A stretch of 64,000 nt of DNA, taken from Candidatus Bathyarchaeota archaeon. Its GTDB lineage: Archaea > Thermoproteota > Bathyarchaeia > Bathyarchaeales > DTEX01. This document shows, one piece after another, positions 27,905-37,683 of this stretch (within the stretch, counting starts at the first letter, position 1; each line of letters begins with the position of its first letter). Under the pieces are notes generated by a model, which ran no database searches, was not told the DNA's origin, and worked only from the letters and a program-made list of their open reading frames with translations. Location: NCBI GenBank assembly GCA_018396635.1, contig JAGTQE010000005.1, positions 11,325 through 75,324 of the forward strand. Direction: 5' to 3'. The position numbers and the translations under genes are program-made.

Positions 27905-29395
27905 TTATGGCCGACTGCTCTGCGCAGCCTCTAAACCCTTCTCTCTTGAGAAGAATAGCCTTGTCTCGCCCATAGCCCTAACATTCAGCGGCTTCACCTT
28001 AGCCACTATTGGAAAATTTCTGACAACATCGCCCAATATGAGGCAGTGGTGTGGCGGCAGATCTCGGACAATAGATACCGTTGTCTCAGCGTCAACCTTA
28101 GCAGCCCTAGAGATAACCTCTAGATCATGCTCGTTAACAAAGTTGAAGAGGAATATGTTGTCAGCCTGCCGATATATGCTCTCCTTTATCGTGTCCGGCT
28201 GATTGGTTATGAACGTTGTGAATATGCCGAAGTGCCTCATCCTTGTAACTATGTCATCCCAGTATGTCTCCCTAAGATATAGATGGGCCTCCTCAGCGAA
28301 AAGGAAGACGGCCCTAATCTTCCATTGGGATAAAAGATCCTGCAGCTTAGCGAGAATATACTCCACAACTATCTGCCGATCCACAGAGGAGGAGTTGCTT
28401 AAATCTATAATTATTGCTCCGCCACCACTTCGTTCAACATTCTGTAATAAACCTTCAAAGTTAACTGACTCATTCACATTGTCTGTGAAGAAGTTTGCGT
28501 GGAGAAGCGTGTAATATCGGGAGAAGAGGGCGTCTTTAACCTGCTGATTGCACTGCCACCTCCTGATGGCTTCACCAATCTCATGAAGCGACAGCATATT
28601 ACGCTCCTCAAGAAAGCGCCAAATGTGCCTAAACTCGCGGGCAGATGTTCCGGGAAGGTTCAGGGCGTGGACAAGTATCTTCATTACTACTGAGAGCCCA
28701 GTCTGCGCTAAAGTGACCTTAAAGTTCTCGCCTGGGACAAGTACATGAACCTTCTCATAGAACTCATTCCTCTCACCATCTAGGTTTAATCCAAGGTTCT
28801 TATATTCGCCATTCAGGTCGAAGACCACAACTGTAGCGCCGTAACTAATTAAGCCTAAAACAAGGATCTTGGATAAATGGGATTTCCCAACGCCCTTTCT
28901 CCCAGTAATAATATTGAGTTTACCATCAAGTATCGAGGCGTCTATTACCATAGGCGTGCCCTCCATAGTTTCGCCTATACTTATCGGATACCTTATTGAC
29001 GCATTAACTATATCCATCAACCTGCCGATGGGCAGCCTACATATCGTCGAGTGGGTTCTAGATGGCAGCCAAGAACTATCCGAACATAGCCCACCATCCT
29101 CAATCGTCCCATGAACCTTGCAGACAAGCAGCCTAGCATCTTGAACATATAAGATGTGCGATGTTATATCAAATGGATCGATATCATCCCCCTTAACAGG
29201 ATCATCTATAAGCGGCTCGCGCAGAAGCTCCTCCATTATCCCCGGAACATTTGCAAATTGAACGTCAATAACTTGGACAATCATAGATCTTCCAGCCCTC
29301 TTATCATCAATAATGAGATAGCACCCCTTCTCAACATCCTCATCCGGAAAACTAATAATATGAATAGTGTTACCAGTCTTCTTATATAGGCGCAT
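27905..29395 (-). CDS. HerA-like (DUF87/FtsK-HerA superfamily) ATPase
   Basis: N-terminal barrel-like region, Walker A ITGRKGVGKSH and Walker B AVFLFAEEAH. I chose the start at ATG 29395 (MRLYKKTG...), 4 nt after the NurA-like stop, instead of the overlapping 29479. Confidence 0.75.
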   Translation of the reverse strand: MRLYKKTGNTIHIISFPDEDVEKGCYLIIDDKRAGRSMIVQVIDVQFANVPGIMEELLREPLIDDPVKGDDIDPFDITSHILYVQDARLLVCKVHGTIEDGGLCSDSSWLPSRTHSTICRLPIGRLMDIVNASIRYPISIGETMEGTPMVIDASILDGKLNIITGRKGVGKSHLSKILVLGLISYGATVVVFDLNGEYKNLGLNLDGERNEFYEKVHVLVPGENFKVTLAQTGLSVVMKILVHALNLPGTSAREFRHIWRFLEERNMLSLHEIGEAIRRWQCNQQVKDALFSRYYTLLHANFFTDNVNESVNFEGLLQNVERSGGGAIIIDLSNSSSVDRQIVVEYILAKLQDLLSQWKIRAVFLFAEEAHLYLRETYWDDIVTRMRHFGIFTTFITNQPDTIKESIYRQADNIFLFNFVNEHDLEVISRAAKVDAETTVSIVRDLPPHHCLILGDVVRNFPIVAKVKPLNVRAMGETRLFFSREKGLEAAQSSRP

Positions 29396-29399
29396 AGCT

Positions 29400-30500
29400 C
29401 TAATCTCCAGCCCCACCAGTCCCAAACGGCCCAAAGAGAGCCTTTCTAATGCTCGGCCACGTAACAACCTTAAGCCCATACTTCCTAGATATAAAACGCT
29501 GTATACCTATAACATCGCTCGCAGTGAAAGTCGAGAATATATGAGCCAGTCGAAGAGCCTCCGGATAACCCTGAAAAACCGAGTCGTTGCCCATAAGCCT
29601 CCGAAGCGCCATCATGTGCACGTCTCTGGACAGGCCCCTATCAACATCCACCCTGAAGGCGTAGCCCTTCTCACTCAATTTAGCAACATATATTTTGCCA
29701 AGCAGACGTAGACTCTTAGAGGATATCGATAGCATGTGCTCATCTATCTCTAGGAGGCAAGGCTCCCTCTGCTTCATGAGTAGATCCGTGATCCTCCTAC
29801 CAAGAAATTTAACTGTCGACGCCTTCGATAACGATATGACGGCATTTGAATTTCTCCTAGCATCCTCCAAAATTCGGAGCAGTAGACTCACACAGTCATT
29901 TTGTGGCCTGCAGGAGAGAGTTCCATCCCAAAGTATTATGCTGTTGCTTGCAGATCTAGACACCATCATTTGAATCCACCTTTCAAGGGCGTTACATAAG
30001 CGACTCTGCACCTCAATGAGAAACGACGCATTTGAACTATAGGCAATTGGTGAATATTGCCCAAGAACCCTCAATATCTCCCTCTTATTATCCTCAGTTA
30101 TGTGGAATGGAAATGGGCCTATACGCAAGCACCTATATTGCCTCCTCTCATTCCACACAACAGCCCCCCTAACAGCACATATAACCCCACTCTCAGTCTC
30201 GCCAACCTTAATGCTCGAGGTATCAATGGCCACTATAGGCGTATTGTCGGGGATAGGTTCCAGAGGCGAAATTATAGAGAAGGCATCCCTACTATAGACT
30301 TCAACAGTATCCTCCTGTTCACCGGATCTTTCAATAGACTGGCCGTTAAATTCGATCCACGGCTGAAAGAACCTCTCCTTTATCTCGTTCATTGAATTAA
30401 GGCTTAACTCAATAAACTTTCTTGAGAGGCCGATATTGTTGATAATTTGGGAAAAGTTATATTTTGGTGTTGCTGTATATTGTATTTGTTCAATCAACAA
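29400..30500 (-). CDS. NurA-like nuclease
   Basis: NurA-type motifs appear in order: IVAIDTSS, NALERW, IILWDGTL and FQGYPEALRLAHIFS. It has a TTG start and is directly upstream of the HerA-like gene. Confidence 0.65.
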   Translation of the reverse strand: MLIEQIQYTATPKYNFSQIINNIGLSRKFIELSLNSMNEIKERFFQPWIEFNGQSIERSGEQEDTVEVYSRDAFSIISPLEPIPDNTPIVAIDTSSIKVGETESGVICAVRGAVVWNERRQYRCLRIGPFPFHITEDNKREILRVLGQYSPIAYSSNASFLIEVQSRLCNALERWIQMMVSRSASNSIILWDGTLSCRPQNDCVSLLLRILEDARRNSNAVISLSKASTVKFLGRRITDLLMKQREPCLLEIDEHMLSISSKSLRLLGKIYVAKLSEKGYAFRVDVDRGLSRDVHMMALRRLMGNDSVFQGYPEALRLAHIFSTFTASDVIGIQRFISRKYGLKVVTWPSIRKALFGPFGTGGAGD

Positions 30501-30587
30501 CTTTCACCAAATAATAGGTAAGTGATCTTGTATATAAATGTTGCGCATGAACAAAATGCGCAATACAATAACAAAAGAGAGATAGAA

Positions 30588-31001
30588 ATGAGCGAAGAGC
30601 CTAAAGAGAAGCCCCCAGTCCACATAAAAATGAGGGTTGGAAATATAGAGTTTGAGATCAGCTGTAGGGAGGACCAGGTAAAGGAGGTTATAGATAAGGT
30701 TCTTTCAAGTGTATCCAGCTATACTTCTAAGGGGGAGGTTGCTCCAGAAGCCGCCGCACCTCCAGCTAAGGCTGAGACATGTCGTGGCGTTATCGAGCGG
30801 CTATGGAGGGAGGGGTGGTTTTCTGTTCCACGCTCCCTCAACGATGTCCATAAGGAGATGACCCGCATAGGCTACCACTACGATCGGACAGCTGTAGCTC
30901 ACGTCCTACTAGATCTTGTTAGGGATGGGATACTTACCCGGGAAGGGAAGGCGAAGAGATACCTTTATGCCCAGAAGAGACCTCCACCCCCTCAAAAATG
31001 A
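30588..31001 (+). CDS. small protein with C-terminal winged-helix domain
   Basis: MSEEPKEKPP... The C-terminal RIGYHYDRTAVAHVLLDLVRDGILTREGKAKRYLYAQ looks like a wHTH. It is divergent from the NurA-HerA pair. The track start, 30522, is a GTG. Confidence 0.5.
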   Translation: MSEEPKEKPPVHIKMRVGNIEFEISCREDQVKEVIDKVLSSVSSYTSKGEVAPEAAAPPAKAETCRGVIERLWREGWFSVPRSLNDVHKEMTRIGYHYDRTAVAHVLLDLVRDGILTREGKAKRYLYAQKRPPPPQK

Positions 31002-31025
31002 TTTATAGGAGAGCGAAGAGCTGGC

Positions 31026-31568
31026 ATGGGTATGGAATCTAGAGTTTTAGTTCTTGCCCACTGCCTACTCAACAAGGCCACTAGGTGGTGGCAGGAAGGA
31101 AAGCCCTTGGAAAGGAACATCGGCCTAGCCGCAGAGATAATTGAATACGCCTTAAGGCATAATATTGGAGTTATCCAGATGCCATGCCCAGAATTCACGT
31201 TCTGCGGAAATCCCCGCCCATCTAGGACGAAGGATGAGTATGAATCCCTACCGGGCTTCAAGGAGCACTGCGATAGGCTGGCGAGATCCGTCGCTGAGCA
31301 ACTTAAGACCCTAACTTCTATAAGCGTAAGGCCTAGAATTTATGTGTTGGCCATCGTCGGCGTTAGACGCTCCCCTTCATGCGCTGTCAGGAGCGCAACC
31401 AGAAAAGTGTGCGGTGAGGTGAAGGTTGTTGAGGAGAGAGGCGTTTTTATGGATGCCTTAGAGAGGCATATTGCAAGGGAGGGGTTAAATGTAGAGTTCT
31501 TGGAGTTCGACTTTGACCACCCGCAGGAAGCGATTATTGGCTTGAAGAGAATTCTGGCCAGAGAATAA
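31026..31568 (+). CDS. hypothetical protein, possibly DUF523/TudS-like Cys-rich protein
   Basis: LAHCLLNKATRW, MPCPEF and PRPSRT loosely resemble the DUF523 CLLG/CPE/PRP pattern. The assignment is weak. Confidence 0.3.
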   Translation: MGMESRVLVLAHCLLNKATRWWQEGKPLERNIGLAAEIIEYALRHNIGVIQMPCPEFTFCGNPRPSRTKDEYESLPGFKEHCDRLARSVAEQLKTLTSISVRPRIYVLAIVGVRRSPSCAVRSATRKVCGEVKVVEERGVFMDALERHIAREGLNVEFLEFDFDHPQEAIIGLKRILARE

Positions 31569-31569
31569 A

Positions 31570-32265
31570 TTAAACCCTCGACTTAACTTGGCTCAGCATT
31601 ATCTTCACTTCATCCTCCCCTATAGCATCCATCTCATATAATTTTTGGGCAACATTACTTATCTTCAGCACCGAGTGTAGCTTTACACCTATTTTCTCAA
31701 GTCTCTCACGCCCACCCTCCTCCCTATCCAGCAGCACGATAGCATCTGAGACTAAACCGCCCTCAGCCCTAACAGCAAGGGCTGATTTCTTGAGGGTTAA
31801 ACCTGTTGTCACAAGATCATCCACTAGAAGAACTCTGTCTCCGGGCACAATTATCCCCTCAACCCTACGCTCCCTACCCCTAAGCCTCTGCTTCTGTCTG
31901 ATATATATGAAGGGCTTCTTGAGCAGGTAAGCTGAAACAGAACTTAGCGGTAGACCAGCAGTGGGTATGCCAGCTATCCTATCGAAATTCTCCACCCCAA
32001 TCTCGCTTCTTATAGAATCAACAAATATATCAACAACCTTAGCAAAGGCATCAGGAAAACTTGTAATAACTCTCAAATCAATATAGTAGGGGGTTATTCT
32101 ACCATTAGGCAGCTTAAATGTGCCAAACTCAATGGCCCCAGTCCTCTTCAGCACCCTACAAATCTCCTCTAAAATCAATCCCCTTCCACCAAGCCCATAT
32201 CCTATAATGGCCATATCAACCCCATATAAGACTAGACTTAATCTCCTTAAAAGGATAATTAACAA
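31570..32265 (-). CDS. pyrE: orotate phosphoribosyltransferase
   Basis: GAIEFGTFKLPNGRITPYYIDLR and the PRPP loop VLLVDDLVTTGLT. The true start is probably the internal Met at MAIIGYG. Confidence 0.85.
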   Translation of the reverse strand: MLIILLRRLSLVLYGVDMAIIGYGLGGRGLILEEICRVLKRTGAIEFGTFKLPNGRITPYYIDLRVITSFPDAFAKVVDIFVDSIRSEIGVENFDRIAGIPTAGLPLSSVSAYLLKKPFIYIRQKQRLRGRERRVEGIIVPGDRVLLVDDLVTTGLTLKKSALAVRAEGGLVSDAIVLLDREEGGRERLEKIGVKLHSVLKISNVAQKLYEMDAIGEDEVKIMLSQVKSRV

Positions 32266-32323
32266 ATTTATTGATGGACATCTAAAAATTATTATGCTAA
32301 GCAGCCATGCGTGGTGAGCCTTA

Positions 32324-33757
32324 TTGGAAGATATTGCCCACTACATTATTGACAGCGCCAGGAACATGGGTGCAGAGTACGCTGAGGCAAGGCTGCAGAC
32401 AGACTTACGCGAATCCATAGTCATGAAGAATGGTGTTCTAGAGGCATCAGTCCTCGAGGAGAGTAGGGGTGTTGGCATAAGGATCCTTGTGGACGGCTCT
32501 TTAGGCTTCGCCTCAACAAACTCCATGAGAAGGAGGGATGTTGAGAGAGCGCTTAAAAGCGCCTTTAAGATCGCTAGGTCGGCATCTAGACTAATTAAGC
32601 GGAAGATAACTATGGGTAAGGGTGAGCTTGGAAGTGGAAAGGTTGATATCAAGCCCAGAATAAATTTTGGAAGCGTCGATCTAGAGTCTAGGGTTAATCT
32701 GCTTAAGGAAGCGGACGAGCAAGCAATTAATGCATCCTCAATGCTTAATGTTAAGGTCCCATCAAGAATGATTGTTCTGGACACCTGGGTGACGGAGAAA
32801 CTGGTCATGACAAGCGACGGAGCGAACGTTTATAGCGTAACTCCAAGGGCAGCCCTCTTCACCTTCATAACAGTCTTTCACCCACAGAAGGGCCCGGCTC
32901 AAAGATACTTTAATCTCGGCGAGACAGGCGGATGGGAAGTTGTTGAGAGGTGGAATCTACCCAAAATATTCTATGATGAGACGTATGCCCTATCAAAAGT
33001 GCTTATGGAGGCTGTAAAAACGCCTGAGGGTGAGATGGACGCTGTCTTGGGCCCGGAGGTCGTTGGGATCGTTAGCCATGAGTCGTGTGGACACCCAAGT
33101 GAAGCCGATAGGATACTTGGGAGGGAGGCGGCTCAAGCTGGCGAAACATTTCTCAAGCCCGATTCAATAGGGCTTAGGGTTGGCTCAAATTACGTGAATG
33201 TTGTTGATGACCCAACCATAAAAGGATCTTTCGGATTCTATCTATACGATGATGAGGGCGTTAAGGCTAGGAGGCGTATACTAATTAAGGAGGGCGTGGT
33301 GAACGAGTTCCTACATAACCGTGAGACCGCAAGTGTGTTTGGCGTCGAGAGCAATGGTTCTTCTAGATCCGTAGCGTATAATCGTGAGCCGATTGTTAGG
33401 ATGGCGAACACATTCTTCCTACCGGGAGACTACTCTGAGGAGGAGATCTTTGAGGACATAAAGCATGGAATATATATGAAGAGTTTCATGGAGTGGAATA
33501 TTGACGATAGAAGGTTTAACCAACGCTACGTTGGATTAGAAGCCTACAGAATAGAGAATGGTGAGCTAAGAGAGATGATCAGAAACCCAATCCTTGAGAT
33601 AACGACAATTGGACTTTGGTCCTCAGTCGACGCAGCTAGCAAGAAACCCGAATTCCAGGCAGCATATTGTGGTAAGGGAGATCCAATGCAGGGCATACCA
33701 GTTTGGACTGGCGGACCACATATACGCTTAAGAAAAGTTAGGATTGGTGGTGCATGA
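32324..33757 (+). CDS. tldD: TldD-family metalloprotease
   Basis: It has the HESCGH (HExxxH) motif and a C-terminal GKGDPMQG...GGP region. It overlaps pmbA through a shared ATGA. Confidence 0.85.
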   Translation: MEDIAHYIIDSARNMGAEYAEARLQTDLRESIVMKNGVLEASVLEESRGVGIRILVDGSLGFASTNSMRRRDVERALKSAFKIARSASRLIKRKITMGKGELGSGKVDIKPRINFGSVDLESRVNLLKEADEQAINASSMLNVKVPSRMIVLDTWVTEKLVMTSDGANVYSVTPRAALFTFITVFHPQKGPAQRYFNLGETGGWEVVERWNLPKIFYDETYALSKVLMEAVKTPEGEMDAVLGPEVVGIVSHESCGHPSEADRILGREAAQAGETFLKPDSIGLRVGSNYVNVVDDPTIKGSFGFYLYDDEGVKARRRILIKEGVVNEFLHNRETASVFGVESNGSSRSVAYNREPIVRMANTFFLPGDYSEEEIFEDIKHGIYMKSFMEWNIDDRRFNQRYVGLEAYRIENGELREMIRNPILEITTIGLWSSVDAASKKPEFQAAYCGKGDPMQGIPVWTGGPHIRLRKVRIGGA

Positions 33758-35091
33758 GGATGAAGTTGAGCGAGATTCCACAATATATTGTTGATTTAGC
33801 TAGGCGTCTAGGGGCAACAGATGTAGCGGCTAAGCTTGTTGAGTCTCAGAGGACCATGATACGTTTCTCAAATAATGAGGTCACTGTATCAAAGACCTTC
33901 TTCGAGAATAGTGTAGACGTATTCCTTATGGTTGAGAAGCATAGGGCTGCAACATCAATAAGTACATTATCTCTCAAAAACATTAAAAAATCCATAGAGA
34001 ACCTCATAAAAGTGGCTAAATCAACACCGCCAGCCGACATATATGCGCCACTACCTAAAGGACCATTCACCTATAATCCTGAGTTAATTAAGGCTCCTGA
34101 AATACCGCTAGACGCTGATACATTGACGGGCTACGTTGAGTCAGCGATAAAATGTGCTTTAGATAAGGGCGCTGAGAGGGCTGCTGGAACACTAACAGCA
34201 TCCAGGTTTAAGGTTGCCCTCGCAACCTCAGGCGAAGTTTACGCCTCGGAAGAAAAAGCCAGCATAGAGTTATCTATTAGGGCTTTCGTCTCTGAGCTCG
34301 CCACAGGCCAAGCGGTCTCAGTTGCCAGCAGACTGGAAGACTTCAATCCCGAGGAGGCTGGAAGAATGGCTGGCGAAATAGCTAAAGCGGCATCTAATCC
34401 AAAGCCCGGCGAACCCGGAAAATATATGGCTCTTCTAGGGCCAATGGTTTTCGCAGACATCGCTAGCCAGGTTGGCGCCCTTTCATCAGCCTTCCTAGTT
34501 GAGGCAGGGCAATCATTCCTAGTCGATAAAATAAACTCTGAGGTAGCTTCTGAGAAATTTACTTTAATAGATGATCCAACGTTAGCTGGCACGCTTGGGG
34601 CAAGGGCATTCGATGACGAGGGTGTTCCAACCAGAAGGAACATTATAGTTGAGAGAGGCGTCCTTAAGACTTATCTACATAATAGTATTACTGCTAAAAA
34701 GTTTGGTGTAGAGACAACCGGCAACGCTGGAATAATTGTGCCTCACCCCTGGAACCTGGTAATTGAGCCGGGTGGCAAGTCGCCTGAGGAATTGTTAGCC
34801 GAAATAGACGATGGAATATATGTTACAAATGACTGGTATCTAAGGTATCAGAATTACAGGACTGGAGACTTCTCAACAATACCTAGGGATGGAATGTTCC
34901 GAGTTAGGAATGGAGAGATCGTTGAGTCGATTAGGGAGCTCAGGATAAGCGATAATATGCTCAGAATTTTAAGGAATATAGTGGACTTAAGCAGATCGAG
35001 GACTTGGATAAGGTGGTGGGAAGTAGAAATCCCAACGCTTACGCCATACGCGTTGATTAGCGAAGTAAACTTTACAAAGTCAAGAATGTAA
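33754..35091 (+). CDS. pmbA: PmbA/TldE-family protein
   Basis: It is a paralogue of TldD without HExxxH, and carries the FDDEGVPTRR and GDFS motifs. Its start is coupled to the tldD stop. Confidence 0.8.
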   Translation: MRMKLSEIPQYIVDLARRLGATDVAAKLVESQRTMIRFSNNEVTVSKTFFENSVDVFLMVEKHRAATSISTLSLKNIKKSIENLIKVAKSTPPADIYAPLPKGPFTYNPELIKAPEIPLDADTLTGYVESAIKCALDKGAERAAGTLTASRFKVALATSGEVYASEEKASIELSIRAFVSELATGQAVSVASRLEDFNPEEAGRMAGEIAKAASNPKPGEPGKYMALLGPMVFADIASQVGALSSAFLVEAGQSFLVDKINSEVASEKFTLIDDPTLAGTLGARAFDDEGVPTRRNIIVERGVLKTYLHNSITAKKFGVETTGNAGIIVPHPWNLVIEPGGKSPEELLAEIDDGIYVTNDWYLRYQNYRTGDFSTIPRDGMFRVRNGEIVESIRELRISDNMLRILRNIVDLSRSRTWIRWWEVEIPTLTPYALISEVNFTKSRM

Positions 35092-35170
35092 ATGCCCGCT
35101 AAATAAAGCTGAAACTTTCATAACTCCTCAATTTTATATCCTTGATGTGAATGGGGAGAGGGGAATATAA

Positions 35171-36397
35171 TTAAACTTTCCAGTCAACCTTAATATTGTG
35201 GGGTTTAACATAAACCTTAATTAAACTAACTACTATTATTAGAAGCCATAATGGAGCCGCAATAAAATAGAAGACCGTAAACTCAAGAAAATTAAAATGA
35301 AAATGAAGTTTTCTGGCAATTAAGTAGAATGTTGTTGAGTATGTGGCTAGGCTTCCGAGAAATATAAGGAAATTTCTTAGCATTAATAGTGTTGTAGAGG
35401 TTAGGGCTGTTGGGGGCATGAAAATGTTCATTTTTGTGGATAAAAGAATTAAGGATACATATAGCATCTTAAGGGATAAGTCGTCTGGTATAAAAAGGTT
35501 CGCTAGCATTATTGGCAGGGCTGGAAAAATCAGCAATAATGATGGAATTATGACTTTAGGATACTTGCGCACAGCATACTTAAGTATCCTAAGGTTCTCT
35601 TTAAACCAGAAAGCTGCCCCTATCCCCCAACGTTTTCTCTGAATAAACCACTCCCTCCACGATGAGGGAGCCTTTGTGTGAACGGATATATTTTCTGCAA
35701 ACTTGAAGCGTGCGCCGTTAGTGAAAGATCTTGTGGCTATGTCCAGATCTTCACATATTACTCTCCTAAACCCACCCAGCTCCTCAAAAGTACTCTTCTT
35801 GACAGCGAATGCTGCACCATTAATCCCTAAACACCGCCCTATACTACGGGAGAAATATAGGCTTGTAAAGTTGAAGCCTAAGTAATCATAGCTCGCAACC
35901 TTTGCAACAAATGAATTTCTAATAATTCCTTTCTTAATTTCAAGGATATCAGCATCATTCATTTCGCTAGCTACTGCCTTAAGGAAACTCTCTCCATTCT
36001 TCTCTATTAAAACATCAGAGTCTAAGAATAGTAATATGTCGCCTTTTGATTTTTTAGCAATCTCGTTCAATACGTTAGCCTTACCCTTCCTAACGCCATT
36101 AAATATAAAGTGAACGTTCTCGCCGGAAAATCTCTTAGAGAGATCTAAGCTTTTCTGCGTTGGCTCATCTATTATGACGAAAATCTCCTTCTCTTCATAT
36201 GGATCTTTAAGTAGATCTTCGATCAAAGGCTCGAGTAGATCTGATTCTCGGTAAACTGGAATTAAAATGCTTATCTTCCCAGAGCTAATCATATTAACCA
36301 TTAGTAACATTCTGAAAATATTTTTGATTTTCGATATCTTCAGATAAAGAAGATCTTTCATTACCTCAACGTATACATTAAATCCAATCCAACCCAT
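35171..36397 (-). CDS. family 2 glycosyltransferase, processive-type, membrane-anchored
   Basis: ISILIPVYRES, LFLDSDV (DxD) and the QRKRWGIG (QxxRW) motif, with C-terminal TM helices. Confidence 0.75.
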   Translation of the reverse strand: MGWIGFNVYVEVMKDLLYLKISKIKNIFRMLLMVNMISSGKISILIPVYRESDLLEPLIEDLLKDPYEEKEIFVIIDEPTQKSLDLSKRFSGENVHFIFNGVRKGKANVLNEIAKKSKGDILLFLDSDVLIEKNGESFLKAVASEMNDADILEIKKGIIRNSFVAKVASYDYLGFNFTSLYFSRSIGRCLGINGAAFAVKKSTFEELGGFRRVICEDLDIATRSFTNGARFKFAENISVHTKAPSSWREWFIQRKRWGIGAAFWFKENLRILKYAVRKYPKVIIPSLLLIFPALPIMLANLFIPDDLSLKMLYVSLILLSTKMNIFMPPTALTSTTLLMLRNFLIFLGSLATYSTTFYLIARKLHFHFNFLEFTVFYFIAAPLWLLIIVVSLIKVYVKPHNIKVDWKV

Positions 36398-36455
36398 TAA
36401 AAAGGGTATTAAGATTTAATTACCTACTTAATTGAGATTAATATTTGGTGATTGA

Positions 36456-37658
36456 ATGAAGATAGTTGATTTAAAATGTACCGTTGTTGAGGGATACCCT
36501 CTAGTTAGAGTTGATACTGATGAGGGTATTAGCGGCATCGCCCAAATAGAGAAACCCAAACACTACATAAAGCCGCACGTCCTCTTCTATAAGCGGTTTA
36601 TTATTGGGCAGGATCCAACGAACGTTGAGAGGGTCATGTTAAGAATCCGAAATCTAGGCGGCTTCAAGCCCTGGGGCAGCGCTGTCAGCGCAATTGAGAT
36701 TGCGCTCTGGGATATAGCTGGAAAGGCTGCCGGGTTACCCGTATATAAACTGCTTGGTGGGAAAATAAGGGATAGGGTTCTCGTTTATAATACTGGCATA
36801 GGACCTGCGCCCACGGGCTTCACGCCAGAAGAATATGCTGAGAGCGCTAGAAGGAGGAAGGCTCTCCCAGAAGGCTTCAAGATATTCAAGTTCGGCGTTG
36901 CCTTCCACACGAGAATGCCTGCTGTCATCCCCAACTTCTTTTATGGCGAGGTTGAGGAGGGACCGACACCATACCCGAATAGGGGGCGCCTAACTGAGAG
37001 AGGATTAAAGCATATAGTTGAGTGTGTCAAAGCGCTTAAAGAAGTCCTTGGAGACGAGTACGGATTAGCCCTAGACTGCGGACCCGGATTCGACGTACAA
37101 TCGGCTTTAAGCTTGGCTAAGGCGTTGGAGCCATTCAATTTAATGTGGCTTGAGGATATGATTACTGGGGATTATACTCCATACACCGCGGTTGAAGCCT
37201 ACCGCTTAGTCTCATCCAATACAACGACCCCAATACATACGGGCGAGCAGATATATTTAAGGTACGGCTTTAAAGATTTGATCGAAAATAATGCTGTCGA
37301 TGTTATAGGTCCAGATCCATGCGATATTGGGGGGCTAGCTGAGCTCAAATGGGTTGCTGAGTTTGCGGATCTACATGGCATTCTTATAGCTCCTCACGGT
37401 GTCTTTGACGGCATAATTGGCGTTGCTGCGTTAACGCAGGTTTGCGCAACCCTACCTAAAAACTTCATAGCTTTTGAGATGCCAGTGATAGAGCCTGTAT
37501 GGTGGGAGCTTGTTAAGGGACTACCGAATCCTCTTGTTAAGGATGGATATGTAGAGGTTCAGGATAAGCCTGGGTTGGGCGTTGAGCTTAATGAGAAGGC
37601 TCTAGCAAAATATCTTCCTGAAGGCGATGACTTTCTAGATTACAGCTCAAAGAAGTAG
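36456..37658 (+). CDS. enolase-superfamily (mandelate racemase/muconate lactonizing) acid-sugar dehydratase
   Basis: It has a capping domain (MKIVDLKCTVV...VDTDEGISGIAQIE) and a barrel with LALDCG, MWLEDM and HTGEQ metal-ligand-like motifs. The protein is 400 aa. Confidence 0.7.
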   Translation: MKIVDLKCTVVEGYPLVRVDTDEGISGIAQIEKPKHYIKPHVLFYKRFIIGQDPTNVERVMLRIRNLGGFKPWGSAVSAIEIALWDIAGKAAGLPVYKLLGGKIRDRVLVYNTGIGPAPTGFTPEEYAESARRRKALPEGFKIFKFGVAFHTRMPAVIPNFFYGEVEEGPTPYPNRGRLTERGLKHIVECVKALKEVLGDEYGLALDCGPGFDVQSALSLAKALEPFNLMWLEDMITGDYTPYTAVEAYRLVSSNTTTPIHTGEQIYLRYGFKDLIENNAVDVIGPDPCDIGGLAELKWVAEFADLHGILIAPHGVFDGIIGVAALTQVCATLPKNFIAFEMPVIEPVWWELVKGLPNPLVKDGYVEVQDKPGLGVELNEKALAKYLPEGDDFLDYSSKK

Positions 37659-37683
37659 ATAACCTTCCATCCACATTTCTTAG

